Below, in pieces: positions 1-22,433 of a stretch of 64,000 nt of DNA. The notes below the pieces were generated by a model that had not been told where the DNA came from, made no database searches, and was given only the letters and a program-made list of their open reading frames with translations. The stretch is from Trichoplax adhaerens. Lineage: Eukaryota > Animalia > Placozoa. The position numbers were made by a program, and so were the translations under genes. The stretch is taken from contig NW_002060945.1 in the NCBI RefSeq assembly GCF_000150275.1, positions 8,510,011 through 8,574,010 of the forward strand. The letters are read 5' to 3'. Numbering within the stretch: the stretch's first letter is position 1; every line of letters starts with the position of its first letter.

Positions 1-17
1 TAACTAATGTTCGATGG

Positions 18-3000
18 AGAGATCGTTTTATCGTGTGGTCTAATAGCGCAGTAAGGGACTTAGTACTACTTGAGTGATGACGAGTACGATCATGTATTGT
101 TATCGTCACCTTATATTTTATACTTTATCGTGATCTGAAAATCTAATTGAAATGCTCTAATTGTGCAAATCTTTCATCTTTTAGTTCCTGGTCAAAGTAT
201 ACGACACCTTAGCTAGAGGATTAATCTCAATTATTCAAAGACCTACGACAAATGAGTGCGTTTACTCTTCCTGTTATGACATACGTATAAAATGGCAGTT
301 GCTTCGTTGCAATTTAGCTTTACTAAACAAACCCTTAATTAATCCTAATTTCAAATAGCTTTAGACCCGAGCTCTATCCTACGATTATCAACTGGATCAA
401 TGACCGTAGGTTTGTTGTAGGTTCGATAGACTCTGTCAAGGTGAGAAGTTAACGTTTTATACTGTATATATAAAATTATAACCTAGCGTAAAGTGGCTTA
501 CATCGTAACGTTACCCAAGTTAGCGGGCTAGACTGATCATTAAACCACCATTACATACTTTCCGTACATTACGTGTATAGATTTGTGCAATAAAGGAACA
601 AACAGAATCTCATAAACCTCAGATGCTTACAACAAATATGCCTCTTTATTTTGTGGAAATCGGTATAGCTATTTTTCTTATTAATCTATGATCTCAAGCA
701 AACTATTGACTTTCTTGATTTGATTGTTATACACGAATAGTTTCCGTTTTCAAAGTAGCGGATGCACACTTGTGTGGATTAGTTCCATACGAAGATAAAA
801 TGGTATACATATGTTCTAAATTATCGCAATTGATTTCGTATAGTTAAGTTGTCGTATTGTTCTATAGGCCATATTATGTTTACCAACAGAAGAAGCAGTT
901 GAAAGAGATAGACAGGAAGCCGAGGAAGACGATGACTTAGAATGGGTTTGTGCTTTTTATTGAATATTAAAATTATATGGTATAGCTTATGGGCTAAATT
1001 ATAATTTCAGGACGAAGAAGATGCTAGAAGGCCTCAGTTACGAATCATTGGTGATTTATATGCTCCCAAAAAGAAAGAAGAACATTCTAATTCATTACCC
1101 ATTCAAAATTTTCGAAAGTATAGATGTTTCGATTATTCCTTAGGTACTTACTGACTGATAAACGTGTCGGATTACAGTATCATCGATTTAATTGATGATT
1201 TTTGAAGTATGCTTTCTTACCGGGTTTTTAAAATGACTCCGCTGAGCCAGTCTATGTAAATTTAATGTTGTATAGTGAGGGATGAATGCGAATCACAACT
1301 CTTCATAGTCACTCCAAAAGATATCATCATTGCCAAGGTAGAGATTATGCTACGCAATTAACATTTTGTTCTTGTGCGTCAAAGAGTTCATGAAAAAAAT
1401 ATTTTACTATTGATTGTATATTTCAAACTTTGTATTTTAATTTTAGCCCAGAGACCAAGATGATCATATAGACTGGTTAATTATGCATGAAAATTTTGAG
1501 GTATAAATACGTTTAAGAACGAATAGTTACGAACGAAATAGAATTATATGTTATAACCTATTCTTTGATATTAATTATTTCGTTTATCAGTTTCGCTCTA
1601 AGCTGGTTTATATTTATTAGGAGGCTTTGGCTCTTACTGAAAAGTTAAGACTTCAAAGACACTCCGTGAAGGTGTGTGTGTTTGAGAATTAATTTCATGC
1701 AATTTTTCATTTATCGCGAATTTAAAAATTCACTATGCCATTTCTCTATTATTTCACAGAGTGTTGGAGTCAAATTTGTCCATTACTTAATTACTTCTAA
1801 GAATTACAAAGCTGCAGCCATGTAAGTTTGCTACACTGTTCCGTATAAGTCTACCTGCTTATTAAATAGTAATTAATACCTAATTTGTGTTATAGTAAAT
1901 CAGTCAAATACATGGGCAATGACAAAAACGCATGGGAAGAGTTAATTGAAAAGTTTAAGCTTGCTCAAAAACTTAAAGTATGCCACTAAATAAGTTCTTT
2001 CCAATAATTCCTTTTTTTTTAATATAACATTTGCATTGTATAGTAATTACAATGATTCTTTTGGATAGGAAATTAGTTTTTATGTTCCTACTGGTTCATT
2101 CAGACTAGATCAGTATGTTTATGAGCTTATCCTTGATGATTATTTAAAAACTGATATAGAGGTGAGACGAAAGTAATAAGTAAAAATTTAAAACATTTAT
2201 TTGTATATTGTTTGTCAGTAATGGAGTATTCTCTTTCAATTAGGGATTTTATTCGTTGATAAAGACTTGGCCAAAAGATTTGTACGATTTTGAAACTATA
2301 GTTACGGCCGTGAATGTAAATGATAAGTTGTTGTCTACATGACTTTCGATTAATTTATATGATTTTGCTAGAGAGACTTTTATGTTAATTTATTTGTTAT
2401 TAATAGAGAGAAGTATCTGTAGCACTACAGAAGCTTACAACGCTAAACCAGCAATTGTCACAAAGTGAAGATCAAATAATAGATTCCAACCAGGATAATT
2501 CACCCAAGAGCGCAAATTTGCAACAATATAGAACAATGTTGCAAAAGCAAAGACTTGATACAGCGAAACAACTAAGAAGCATGCGAGCTGCCTTGGCAAT
2601 ATTGTTAGAAATTTTAAGATTCATATCTTAGAAATTTTATTTCTTTAAGCTAATACATACCATTTCTTACAGATACTGCCAAGAAGGACAGTATGAAGAC
2701 GCCATAGGAACATACTTAGAGTAAAGATTATCATTATTAACTACTTTTGCATAATTAAAGTATCAGCCTTATGACAATTTGCAATCTTTTACAGTCTTGG
2801 GCATGAAGATGTATTCGACCTTATCGATAAATATAATTTATACGAAACCGTCTTGAAACATATTCCAAGATTAATGCAACTACAGGAAGTTGTAAGTATA
2901 GGAATTAATATGTAGATTGACTTTATTTCTTTAAATTTTTTTCGACATACCTAATAATGTAAATTTTTTAGAGAGCTATGAAGATGCTTGTAGAAAATAC

Positions 3001-5135
3001 AGATAAAATGCAGGTAGGAAATTCAAATCTTAATTACAAAATTTATTATCAATTTTAATATTTGTTAAAGATATATTTATTACACTACCACTGACGTTGC
3101 TTTTTCAGATTGGAGTAGTTGTTAAAATGTTAGATCAACTGAAACATTTACAACTTGCGGTAAGGATTCAAAGAGTTGACGAATTAATTGAAATAAATAT
3201 TTGAGTTATAGGAATTTCATATTTAAAGTTTTTTATTTGTGATAAACATTTTTTATATGTGTAACAGTATCTAGATAAGCTATTTGAAAAAGATCCCAAT
3301 ATTGCCAAGGATCATCATGAATTACAGGTATCTGTGATGTCTAATTATAGATGATAAAAGTTATCAAAAATTTTTAAGACTATAAACTATTTCTATTTCG
3401 TAGGTTGAACTATATGCAGAGTATGAGCCAAAAAAGCTATTACACTTTCTCAAGAAAAGTACCAGCTATTCTCTGAAAAAGGTATGACTTGTCTCGATTC
3501 TACTTTATGATGTATTGTCATATGAAAAATTACTGTCAATTGCACCTTAGATTTACGATGACCATTGCTGTTTTACTTTAATAGGCGTATACGATATGCA
3601 AGGAACGGAAGTTCTTTCAGGAGTTGGTATTCCTATTAGGTACTACTTATCGGTGTAAATTACGTAATGGGACTATGTTTTCTTAAAGATCAAACTATCT
3701 AGAAATCTTGTATACTGAAAGATGTTGTAACGATACTACCCCACTATCATAGATCGAATGGGAAATTCTAAGGAAGCTCTAACTATTATTGTATCAGAAC
3801 TTCATGATATCGATTACGTAAGTTATCTAAATATTAGACGATGTTATTCTTCTTGCAATTTAACTCATACAGCAATTGGAATTGATTTAAAGGCCATCGA
3901 ATTTTCGAAAGAAAAAGATGAAGAGGAGCTCTGGCAGCAACTAGTAGAATATTCAATGGACAAACCACGTTAGATGATGCATTGTACTAGCTTATTTATA
4001 GCAGCTTTATTGCTGGTACTGATTGAAAGTATTTATAATAATTACCACATATAGATTTTATCACAAGCCTTTTGCATAACGTTGGAAGCCATATAAATCC
4101 AGTCATGATAATTGAAGTAAGTCTTAACATAAATTTTAGAATTACAGTATTAAGCATATTGCGTTGAAATATTGTCAATTGTTTATTTTTTACTAAATCG
4201 ATACCTACGATCATGTAGAAGATACCATCCGGACTACAAATACCAGGACTAAGGGATTCGTTAGTGAAAATCTTGCAGGATTACAAACTTCAGGTGAATC
4301 GGTTCTATTTATACTGTATGGGTAATTTAGAATTGAGTTAAACTGGATTTATGTTTTGTAACACAGATTTCCTTACAAGAGGGTTGTAAGAAAATTTTAG
4401 TTAATGATAGGTAAGGATGTTTACTCGTAGATTACTGCTGAAACTATCGTACTCTCTTTATTTGGTTAATAACCTGATGGAAATCGTTAATGGCCTTTCT
4501 TCAGAGTAGGTTTATTAATGCATACTTGAACATTTTTAGTGTATTACTATTTGATAAATTAACGAAGACACAACGGAGAGGATTCTACACTGACGGTATG
4601 TAATAGTATATATTTGAGCGATATTTAGCATTATAAAAAGAGCGCTCAAAAGATGGAACATTGATGTTGTCCAACTTTGTCATTCTGATTTTACTCTAAA
4701 TTTTTATTTTAGAATTTACTAAATGTCCGAATTGTCAAAGGAGCCTGCTTTTAAGTATGTTTACCTCGCATAACGAGTTTATAATCTTTCATCACAAGTC
4801 ATTGCTTAAATTTTGCCTATAAAGGAATTTAAGTTCTCAACATCGGTCTAAATCACTTGTACGTCAATTAAAGTTATCTCGTAATATCTTAGATCAACGT
4901 ATGGACGATGATGTTGTTATGTTTTTTTGCCGACATGCTTATCATAAAGATTGCTTACCCGCTCGTGAAAATGTAAGTGCTACATATATCTAATCTTACG
5001 TTAACTTTACAATCAATATTTAATTTTTTCTTTTCTGCATTAAAACATTTATTTGTACTTCTTACGCAGGAGTATTCTTGCCAATTATGTTCGAATGCGA
5101 AATCTTACAGAAAAAGAAGGATTAAAAAAATTTAG
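18..5135 (+). CDS. VPS41: Vacuolar protein sorting 41 (HOPS subunit), multi-exon, 5' end lies upstream of the window
   Basis: Spliced exons give FRPELYPTIINW, FIVTPKDIIIAK-PRDQDDHIDWL, VELYAEYEPKKLLHFLK, RMGNSKEALTIIVSEL, IPSGLQIPGLRDSLVKILQDY and a C-terminal RING-H2 (CPNC...FCRHAYHKDC...CQLC). Stop TAG at 5133-5135. Confidence 0.95.
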
Positions 5136-6129
5136 GACCCACTGTAAAATAATTGTAATAACTAGTTCAACATTTGTTGTTGAATTATTGTTATAATATG
5201 TATATCACTTTATGTATTTTGTGCTAAGATATACCAACGGGCAGTATCTGTATCGAACAACTGAAACTACTGGAGAATTCGTTTTAACGCTAGAAGTTAT
5301 GTGTCAGATTCGATTACAAGTAGTAAATTTAAAATTGACATCTGATTTATTTCTTGTCAGCCGTCCAATGTGCTATACATTAAAAGTTTATACTCGTATA
5401 AAAAACTGAACAGGATTTCACTCTACGTTTGTTTGTATTTCGACTACAATGTTAAATAGTGCTTTCTATGATACTAATTGTATGGCATTATGTAATTAAA
5501 TTGTCACTGAAATAAAAATCTAGATAAAAATTTTCTAGGTAGTACTTATCAAATGCATAAAAAATATCATGGACAACTGCAAAAAGATCTTACTACAAAG
5601 TCTAGGATGCCTCTCCTATTACTCCACGAAAATACTTATTTGTTATTTTACGTAATATTATGCCAGGTTTTATCATCAGATGACATTAGCGGCAACTGTA
5701 CCGTAGTTAATATGAATAGTTTATACCAAAAGGAGATTTCCAATTCCTTTCTTCTCTTGTTTTGCTGTCCTTAATACTTAATGTGGTGACCCATTGGCCA
5801 AATACACTTTACTGGACTTTACATGACTGATTCGTACTTCATTGAACAACTATGTACTGTACTAAGCCAATATAAATGTAAAGTTAAAGAGTATCCTTAT
5901 AAATACATTCCAAGTGTAATGAATCACAGAGTGGCGAACTTTGGATTTCTCTACAAACTCCGTGGTGTAGACCATAGATGAGACACTCCGAAAATTGAAT
6001 TAAAAAGAGATAGGAAATAAAATCAAGATAAGGTATCATTATAAATCGCCAAGCTCTCTCTTCCTATATTATAATTAATTGTAGTCTCGAAACATGCTGG
6101 CCAGATACATCTTGTTTATACAGTGAACT

Positions 6130-7260
6130 ACTTAGAGGAATCACTTACCAACCAAATCTATTTCTCTCTATCGGATAATCTGAATGTAAAAGTACATGTG
6201 AACCGTTTCATCTTGCTAGCCATAATCAACACTTACTTTCTTAAGATATACAGTACAGTTCTCCACTGCATACTATCACTGTATTCCCTAACACATGACT
6301 ACTGTAATTAGCTGAAATCATTACAGCAATCATTCGTCATACTCCCAGATTACTTTCTGTGTAAGACACATCATGGGCTAGGTTTAGAACTAAGTTTATT
6401 TCAGAGCTGGCTACAGCTTTCACATTAATAACAACGATCCATATAGTAACGTGAACGATAAGAAGCGACATCCATTACGCAACATGAATACGATACGTAT
6501 TAAAAATAAAAAATAATGAATTAATTTAACGCCATTTATTAACCAGGAACAGGAATACGGACGACATAATCATTTGTCTTGTCTCGAGTCCCTATCCATA
6601 AAAAAGTTCATTATGTGAATGTACCTTTAGAGATAACATAAATACCTTAAATACTATCTACACAGGGCATATTTGTAGAAGTTCATGATCCATAGTACAG
6701 CGCGTCCGGAAAGTCTGGACACATTTTATATGGCTTTGTATGAAAAATGTGTCCAGATTTTTTTACAGTCTTTTTTCTCCAGACTTTCCGGACGCCCTGT
6801 ACATGTGAGCTATTTTATCCTACTAGCCATAATCCATCAATAGTTTACTTTATTAAGGTTAAGACCTACAATTCTATGTTGCATATTATCACTATATTGT
6901 CTTAAACAACACATAACTACTGTGACTAATTGGATGGAATCACTACAGTAATAATAATTAATAATGCTCCACGATTACTTTCTAAATAGAAATGAATCAT
7001 CACGTTATCGAGGTGAGAAATGAGTCAGTAAATAGTTACGGCTACGGCTATAACAGCAATCCGCATGCAATTCAAAATTTGAGTCGTTAAAATAACACAT
7101 AGTACATTCATCCACTTCTAGAAATGATCGAATAATAATTAATAATGCTCCAAGATCACTTTCTAAATAGAAATTGATCATCATAAATACTAGGCGAGAA
7201 AATGAGTTGATGAGGAGTGGCGAAGCTTAACATACTATAGTTACAACAATAACAGCAATC
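6130..7260 (+). repeat. Degenerate local duplication (two longer copies plus a partial third) in the VPS41-EPRS1 intergenic region
   Basis: CTAGCCATAATC...TATCACT...ACACATRACTACTGT...GATTACTTTCT occurs at ~6216-6358 and ~6823-6982. AATAATAATTAATAATGCTCCA...ACTTTCTAAATAGAAAT occurs at ~6950 and ~7131. Confidence 0.7.
6698..6799. mobile_element. Tc1/mariner-type MITE (102 bp) with ~22-bp terminal inverted repeats and TA target-site duplication
   Basis: TA|CAGCGCGTCCGGAAAGTCTGGA ... TCCAGACTTTCCGGACGCCCTG|TA. An inner inverted repeat CTGGACACATTTT/AAAATGTGTCCAG is also present. No coding capacity. Confidence 0.85.
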
Positions 7261-7611
7261 AGTATGCGCAAGGATCCCTCAAATAAGCCCTAGCTTAAAA
7301 GTCAATCCAGAACAGTATGAACACATGTTGCAATGTTACGTAATGAATTGTGGCTACCCTGCCAGGCGTAGTAGACAGCATCAAATTTTAATGGATGATT
7401 TTAGAATAAATAAATCAACTATGGCTGCGGTAGCCATGGCGGTGTCTAATCACTGCAAGCTGGTGGCCAGTCTAACCTCGACGTAGTAGACTGTATCAAA
7501 CTCTTCTTCGTAACCTATAATAATCGCTATGGATAAAAATTATAATCTGTCAGCGTACTTGATCCGTCGCTAGGCTTGAAAATGCAAAATAAAAGCATTG
7601 AAAGGGAGCAT

Positions 7612-7622
7612 CGCGCATGCGT
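7612..7622. promoter_or_regulatory. NRF1-like GCGCATGCG site ~20 bp upstream of the EPRS1 ATG
   Basis: CGCGCATGCGT at 7612-7622 is a GC-rich, palindrome-cored motif in an AT-rich background and matches the NRF1 core of housekeeping promoters. Confidence 0.4.
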
Positions 7623-7641
7623 TCAGGCTACCACTTTCATC

Positions 7642-15848
<8,207 letters not shown>

Positions 15849-16702
15849 TTGATAAAAATCTACAGCTTACAGTCAGGGCTAAGATTATTATGGTAATTAA
15901 TAATTATGTAATCGCACCACCTATCTTCAATTCACCTGAGGGCGATAACTGCATAACAATGTACTGTAACTCTTGACAACAAATTATTCATTTATAAATT
16001 GCTAAATAATTCATATTTTACTCATGTCAAGTGGTACATTTTTAATTATGTTTTGGATATCGGCTTATCCGGTACCTAATCGAATGGCTAATAAAGTAAT
16101 TTAAAAAATTTAATTTCACTAAGATAATTTATATGTATTATATATAATCTAAACTTATAATCAACGGTATATCAGTACAAACGCCAACCTTAACATTAAT
16201 ACCGATAAGTTATATGTGGTTGCATTGCATACATACGCGTATATTACTGTACACTCTAGCCTGAGAACCGATTGTGCGAAAGCGGAAATAATTATTACTG
16301 CACCAGTTGAACCGCTTGCTCCCGCAATCCTTTAGTGAAACTAACGTCTGCACTAATTATATATACTCTCTCTATATAAACTGTATATTGTACTGTATAT
16401 GTACAGTACCTGACAGTCTCCGCTGTAAACACAAGTATTTACTCGCAGGTTCGGTTTCATATACGTTTTCTGGATCATTTCATGAGCATTAACTCTAAAC
16501 CCGAGCTACATACAGTAACAAACATAATCTTTTATTCCTTTATACAGTATAAATGCAGAAGGTACATTTCGAGATAACTAAAGCGAGTTGTTCTAAGTGA
16601 TTTAACTTTCAAATCAGTGTAAACATATCTTACAGAATATGATAAATTTCGAATACTGTAGTCTATTTGTCCTTATTGTATAAGACATAAAGTTTTGCAT
16701 CA

Positions 16703-19700
16703 CTAATTGTCCTGAAGTTTAAGAAGCTTAAAACATGATATACAATTCATTATCCATTGAAATGTCACATAGTTGAAACTATGGCGTCGTACGATATGTT
16801 TCGTGCATTTCGGATCATAGACTATAAAACTACTAGATGGAAATATTTCTTCACTATGATATAATCGGCAATTGCTAGTAGATTCTTTTTCAGGACGTCG
16901 CGATAGCACTGTACCCTCCCCGCGTTGTACTAATTCAATTAATTCTTCTTTACTTGGAGCAGGAGGCTTAAATTCGTTCATAAAATAAAACTTGCATTCA
17001 TGAAATAGCCCTGGTAACTAAATTAATAAACGTAACGATACAATATGGGATCAATAAATACAATATTTGTTAAATATCTTCATAAATTAAATTCAACAAA
17101 TATAGAAATATGCTAAAATTTATTTATAAATGAGTTATAAAACCTTTAAACCACGATTTTCTCTAGCCCTTTTAGGAGTCACCATATCAGGTACGTCTTT
17201 GGACCCTTTCAATTCGTAATCCATTTCATTCGCTGGGTACCCAAGCTTTAAGCTCTGTCTTGCCCCTAATAGTTCACCAAGCAGTATAATTTTAAATTGC
17301 TTTCCAGCATGTAACTTACAATAAAATGATAGCATGCAAATAGACATACAGCCAATATCCACAATCCATTTTCCAGCTAGAACGGCATTGAGATACTTTA
17401 AAGTTCTAGGGCAACAGCTATTTTCATCAGCAACGACGATGACATGTGTTACTAGAATGTTCAAATTTTAAAGCTTTTTAAGAAGTGAAAGACGATTTAG
17501 CGCTATCTATAGTCTAAAATCATAAGATGTAAAAACATTACTGTCGTTGGAGAACGTCATTAACGTCTTGAAATTCAGATCACGAATGCACTTATCAAGT
17601 AAATCCTGAATCAAGAGAGAACACAGTATAGTGAATAGTATTGTAAGTAAAGTACGCCGGCAAATACTATCAAGAAGTTACTTTGTCATCTTTTTTCTTT
17701 AACCCACTTGGCAAGAGAACAATTTGAGGACTACGATGACTCTATAATTAAGATGTCAATTCAATTATAAAGTATTAGTAACCACAGAAGTGTTCAATTA
17801 ATGAGAATATCATTCAATTGTTGTTATACCGGCATCGAAGCTACATCTACTGCTGAAGTATTGAGCTTCAATTGAATTGATCGATCATTAACTGGGCTAT
17901 GTTGATCGTCGCTCTCCTCGCCATTGCATGTCAATACGTCCAACAATCTAGCATTACTTGTACAGTCAGCAGGCGTTAACCCTTGACTATTCCTAAAATT
18001 TGTGAATATGTCACGTACGCACGTATATTGATGAGAATGATTGCTTTATCAACTGTTAAGAAATTATTGGCGTCAACATTTCTCGTTAACTGAACAGTGT
18101 TAATTATCTATTGTACAATTACGGAATGATTATCTAGAAATTAGACCATTTATCTGATTTAGCTTACTTAATTGTTTTATCTGCTCCATGGCGTAATAAG
18201 GATTGCACAATCTCCATATGATTGTTGTAAACAGCATCATGTAATGGCGTCACGTTATCCATACCAAGTATATTCACATCACAGCCACTAGCTAATAATA
18301 TATTAACTGCCTGTAATTGGCCATAATTGCAAGCCTCATGCTGTAATATAATTATACACAATAAAGTTATAAAGTAAGGACAGATCTAATTTATAAATCT
18401 CTACCATCCACTTAAGGATTTTTAAAATTAATTATTGCTTACCAATGGGCTCCATCCAGCAAAATCTTTAACATTTGGATCTACACCTTGTATTAATAGG
18501 CTCTTGATCTTTTCTTCGTCTCCCTACAACATAGTTCGCACGCTTCAATAAAGTCTTATATTTTTAAAATATTATTAATAACTTATTTTTCTTACTTTGA
18601 TAGCAGCTAAATGTAGTTGTGTTTCGCCCTTGTTATTTCTTTTCACTTTTACTTTTTTATCGACGGCTGATACTTTACTACTCTTACTACTCTTTTCAGT
18701 CTTTTTATTCTTGACAACCAGATCGATTTGATCGTCATGCGAGGATTCTACCTTCCTTTTCCGTTGTGATACATTTTTTTCAGTTTTTTTCTCATCTGAT
18801 TTATCATATAGTCAACAGTGTTATATGAAAAATTTTATGTATTTACAATTTAATGATTTACCATTATAATTATTCTTATAGACTATGCAGTCAGTACGAG
18901 ATTAGGCACTACTTTATTTGATTGCAAAAGAATAGATGATCCGATTTTCGTTAATGACATTTATACGCGTATAATTTATAATTTATATTACTAGTCTATT
19001 AATCAGCTAATTTGTGTCTATAGGCAATTTATAACTATTTTTAATATTTCATATTTAGTATCTTAGGATTAGGATTAACTATTATTGAAATTGTAATATA
19101 TTCAAGTATTTTTTTTACTTACCATTAGTACTAGTGGGTATTACTTTGGTCGTTAACGATTTTAACTTTTCTAATGTACCGATAGCGCCTTCTAATTGAC
19201 GATCGACTTTAATGTCTTTAGAGTAAAAGAATGCATTGCATCGTGCACAACGAGAGCCAGTAAAGCAACGACTATTTGAAGAAAGCCCAGAAGAGTATAA
19301 GAATCATTGTTGAATATTATGATATATCCAATAACGTGATTAGAATTAAAATGCAAAATTGTAGGTAGTCCGATAGAAGATAAGAATACCATGATTTCAC
19401 AAATGTAAGGATTTAATTTAATTTAAAGTAAAAGTACCCAATTTCAAGACTCACATATCTAATAATTTAATAATTGTAAGATTGTCAACATTGAGGTAGA
19501 TGATACTGACCATCATTTTAATTTTATGCTATAAAATGGTTTAAAAGAAAAGCTTTGAGGCTTCAAGTTGTATTTTAGCCTCAAATAAATAGGCGTATTT
19601 AGTAATGTATTATCTCATGTTCCATGTAAGTGATAATTAATTATTAGTTAGATGGAACATTAGATAATATCCTGTCAATCAGTAATGATTTCAAACATGA

Positions 19701-20469
19701 CTATTAGCGCACATTTAACAGCTTAAGTTAGGCTATGGATTACTAGAAGAAGACCTAGTTACTGTAGGAATGTAGGGTCTTCTTCCGCGTAGTTCGTGGT
19801 TAGGGTAACTCTTACTTAGTGTGCAATGATTTCAAGCATCACTATATTGTCATAGAAGCTATAATATTACAAGTATCATCAAGTTTTCCCTTTCCTTTAC
19901 GCTAATACCAGCTTAATTTAAAGTTAAGTCCTACTATGTAAGCAAGTTTTCTTTGGTAATATTGTTCTGTCCAGCTTGCGTTCTACAGAGGCTCCATTGA
20001 AAGTCGATGCGTACAGCATATAGTATGCACATATTGCAATAATGTACAGTACTCATGTACTGTCTATCTTACTATACAATATTGGAAGAAGTATCCTATT
20101 TTACTTTTTATTTTACTTGCTATTTTCAATGCCTGTGAATTGTTTACAGTGTACTAATACGCACAACACCGCCTTAATCATATACGCTTGTTTTATGCTG
20201 TTTTATACAAGAAAAGGCAATTTCTATCGACCTTACCTACAGAAAAAGTGGCCACATTCTGCAGCTACCGAAGGCTTTGTCATTAATTTTTTACTATGAG
20301 ATACAAAATGAATAAAACAACAACATTCAATAGCCAATCTTACCAACTCAAATTACCTCTTACCAGAAAAGACCTCTTCTAACGCAACCTACCAGACACA
20401 ACAGGATAGAGCATCACTTAATCTACTTAAAGCCTGAATTGTTTTCGGCCACGGGGACTCGACGGCCAT
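16703..20469 (-). CDS. BARD1: BRCA1-associated RING domain protein 1 (RING, ankyrin repeats, tandem BRCT), multi-exon
   Basis: MAVESPWPKTIQALSRLSDALSCCVC / ECGHFFCSRC / RCARC...DIKVDRQL (RING). NNKGETQLHLAAIKG, GWSPLHEACNYG and VTPLHDAV (ANK). THVIV...RTLKYLNAVLAGKWIV and WIMNCISCFKLL (BRCTs). Confidence 0.93.
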
Positions 20470-20627
20470 TTTGTTGAAATTTTTTATTTCTTGGTAGTTC
20501 AGTGAATTTCAATGAAAGCTGTCAAAATGAAGGACGAGGCGACAACTTGCAAGTGGCGTCAAGCTACACTACAAAACAATTGTTAAAAATCGCGCCACGC
20601 TTTCTGATACGCCGTCACGTTTACTGA

Positions 20628-20696
20628 TACTGTACAGTGTACAGTATCAGTAAACTCTTACAGTACGGTACTGTAATGATACTGTACTGTACTGTA
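20628..20696. repeat. TACAG/CTGTA pentamer cluster upstream of BARD1
   Basis: TACTGTACAGTGTACAGTA...TACAGTACGGTACTGTA...TACTGTACTGTACTGTA lies ~160-230 bp upstream of the ATG. Confidence 0.7.
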
Positions 20697-22433
20697 AAGG
20701 GTAGTCCGATCCGGGACCGGACTAGTCCTGTCTTAGTTAACAAGTCCATAGCAAGATGGAAATTCTAGGTGGAGGCAAAATGCCTCTAAGCTTCGTAGTT
20801 CGCAGAACAATTTTAAGGACTAATATCGGAAATACCTGAAAAGACAATTCGAAAATACAGTAGTATGAAAAGTAGTCTGCACTGAATAACGATAATATAA
20901 CACAGTGAAGCAAAACACGATTCTGTATCGCTTACGGAAGTAGCACTACACTAGTGAATTCAAGTGGATAGTAGTTAACAGTAATCAACATTGCCCATAT
21001 ACGAGTAGTCTACACTGACGAATTTTGAGCGAGCAAAGTTTTTCACCAAATGCGGAACACGAGTACATACTGTATCAGATCTCTCATACAGTTAGAGTGT
21101 TAATTTAATTCACTATATTTTGCTCTGTATAGAGTCAAGGCTTAACACTTTTGTTAATTCTGATACTGTTGAAGTACTGTACAGTAATCTACTACTTTTG
21201 ACTAACTTGAAAAGAAGCCGGCTTGAAACACTTGGAAGGAGTTGTCATCTTGTGTGATTGGATAACTTATCCAAACCTATTTTATCTTAGCCTTAGCCCT
21301 TACTAATAAAATGAATCGTGAAAAAGGACTACTGTTGTAGTATTTTTTAGTCGTCGTGCTGCAATTGTACTCAGGGTAACACAAGTATGCATATCAACAC
21401 ATGAGATTGAAAATGAATTTTTATTGAGACGGCTCACGCATTATTATGTGAAGTACAATCTACGCTAAACCCTCTCGCTGCATGATCGCGAGATAGTATA
21501 CCCTATTGCAATACGACAGATTCCCAAGTAGACGAAATCTACAACACGATACTTTAATAAAGTATTAGTATACAAAGTAATTGCAGATTCAATCCACGTA
21601 CAGATGTTGAAATCATAAAATTTCAAAATCCGTTTATCTAAATCATCCTAATACAGGAGGACTAAAATAGCAACAATTAAACAATGTTTTATGTATCGAA
21701 CTGGATAGCTGAATAGCATTATTAATTTCGGAAAAGAATATTCACCAGCAACCTCAATAACCAATGGGTTAATCAATGTTTAAACGGAAGGTACAATCAG
21801 TGTCAATTCAAAGTACACATTGCTAAATACGTTTAAAGCTCATAACAGAATGATAATCAAATATTGACTAATAGAATCCAATAACTTAGTATATCACTGA
21901 AATCAGTGCAAGGTGAAAATATTACAGATAACTACATAAGATTTGGATAATTTCAAAAAGTTATTCCACAAAAAAACATTTAATTTTGATACATTATAAA
22001 CAATTTGATATATAGCAACAGTAGTATTTATAATAATAGTGTAGATATAGTCTACATCGTTTTTAAAAGTGTAGATCGAATGCTATATTCAACATACAAT
22101 CGAATAAGGTAATCTTGCCAATTTAGAAAGAAATAGCAGGCCGAATAAATATACAGTACTAAGGTATAAAATTACCATTGCTGAAAGTAATGTCACATAG
22201 TGATAGACTATAGAAGTTAGTTTATTAATTATATTATCGAAGCCACACAATCACTACAATTTCTGTCACTCAGAAAAAAGTATTGCTAGTTAGCCAGTAC
22301 CATATTCGCATTCAAAATTGGCATTTGGGGTAATTTTCGATATAGACTGTAAATTTTGAATTATCATAAAAAATTACAGCCTATTTATTTTCGAGTTATA
22401 TTCATTATATGTTTATTTTACAACTAAACCGAA

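Noticed and set aside
5984-6004. CACTCCGAAAATTSAATTAAAA shared with 29340-29361
   Set aside because: The match is too short and AT-rich to define a repeat family from two copies.
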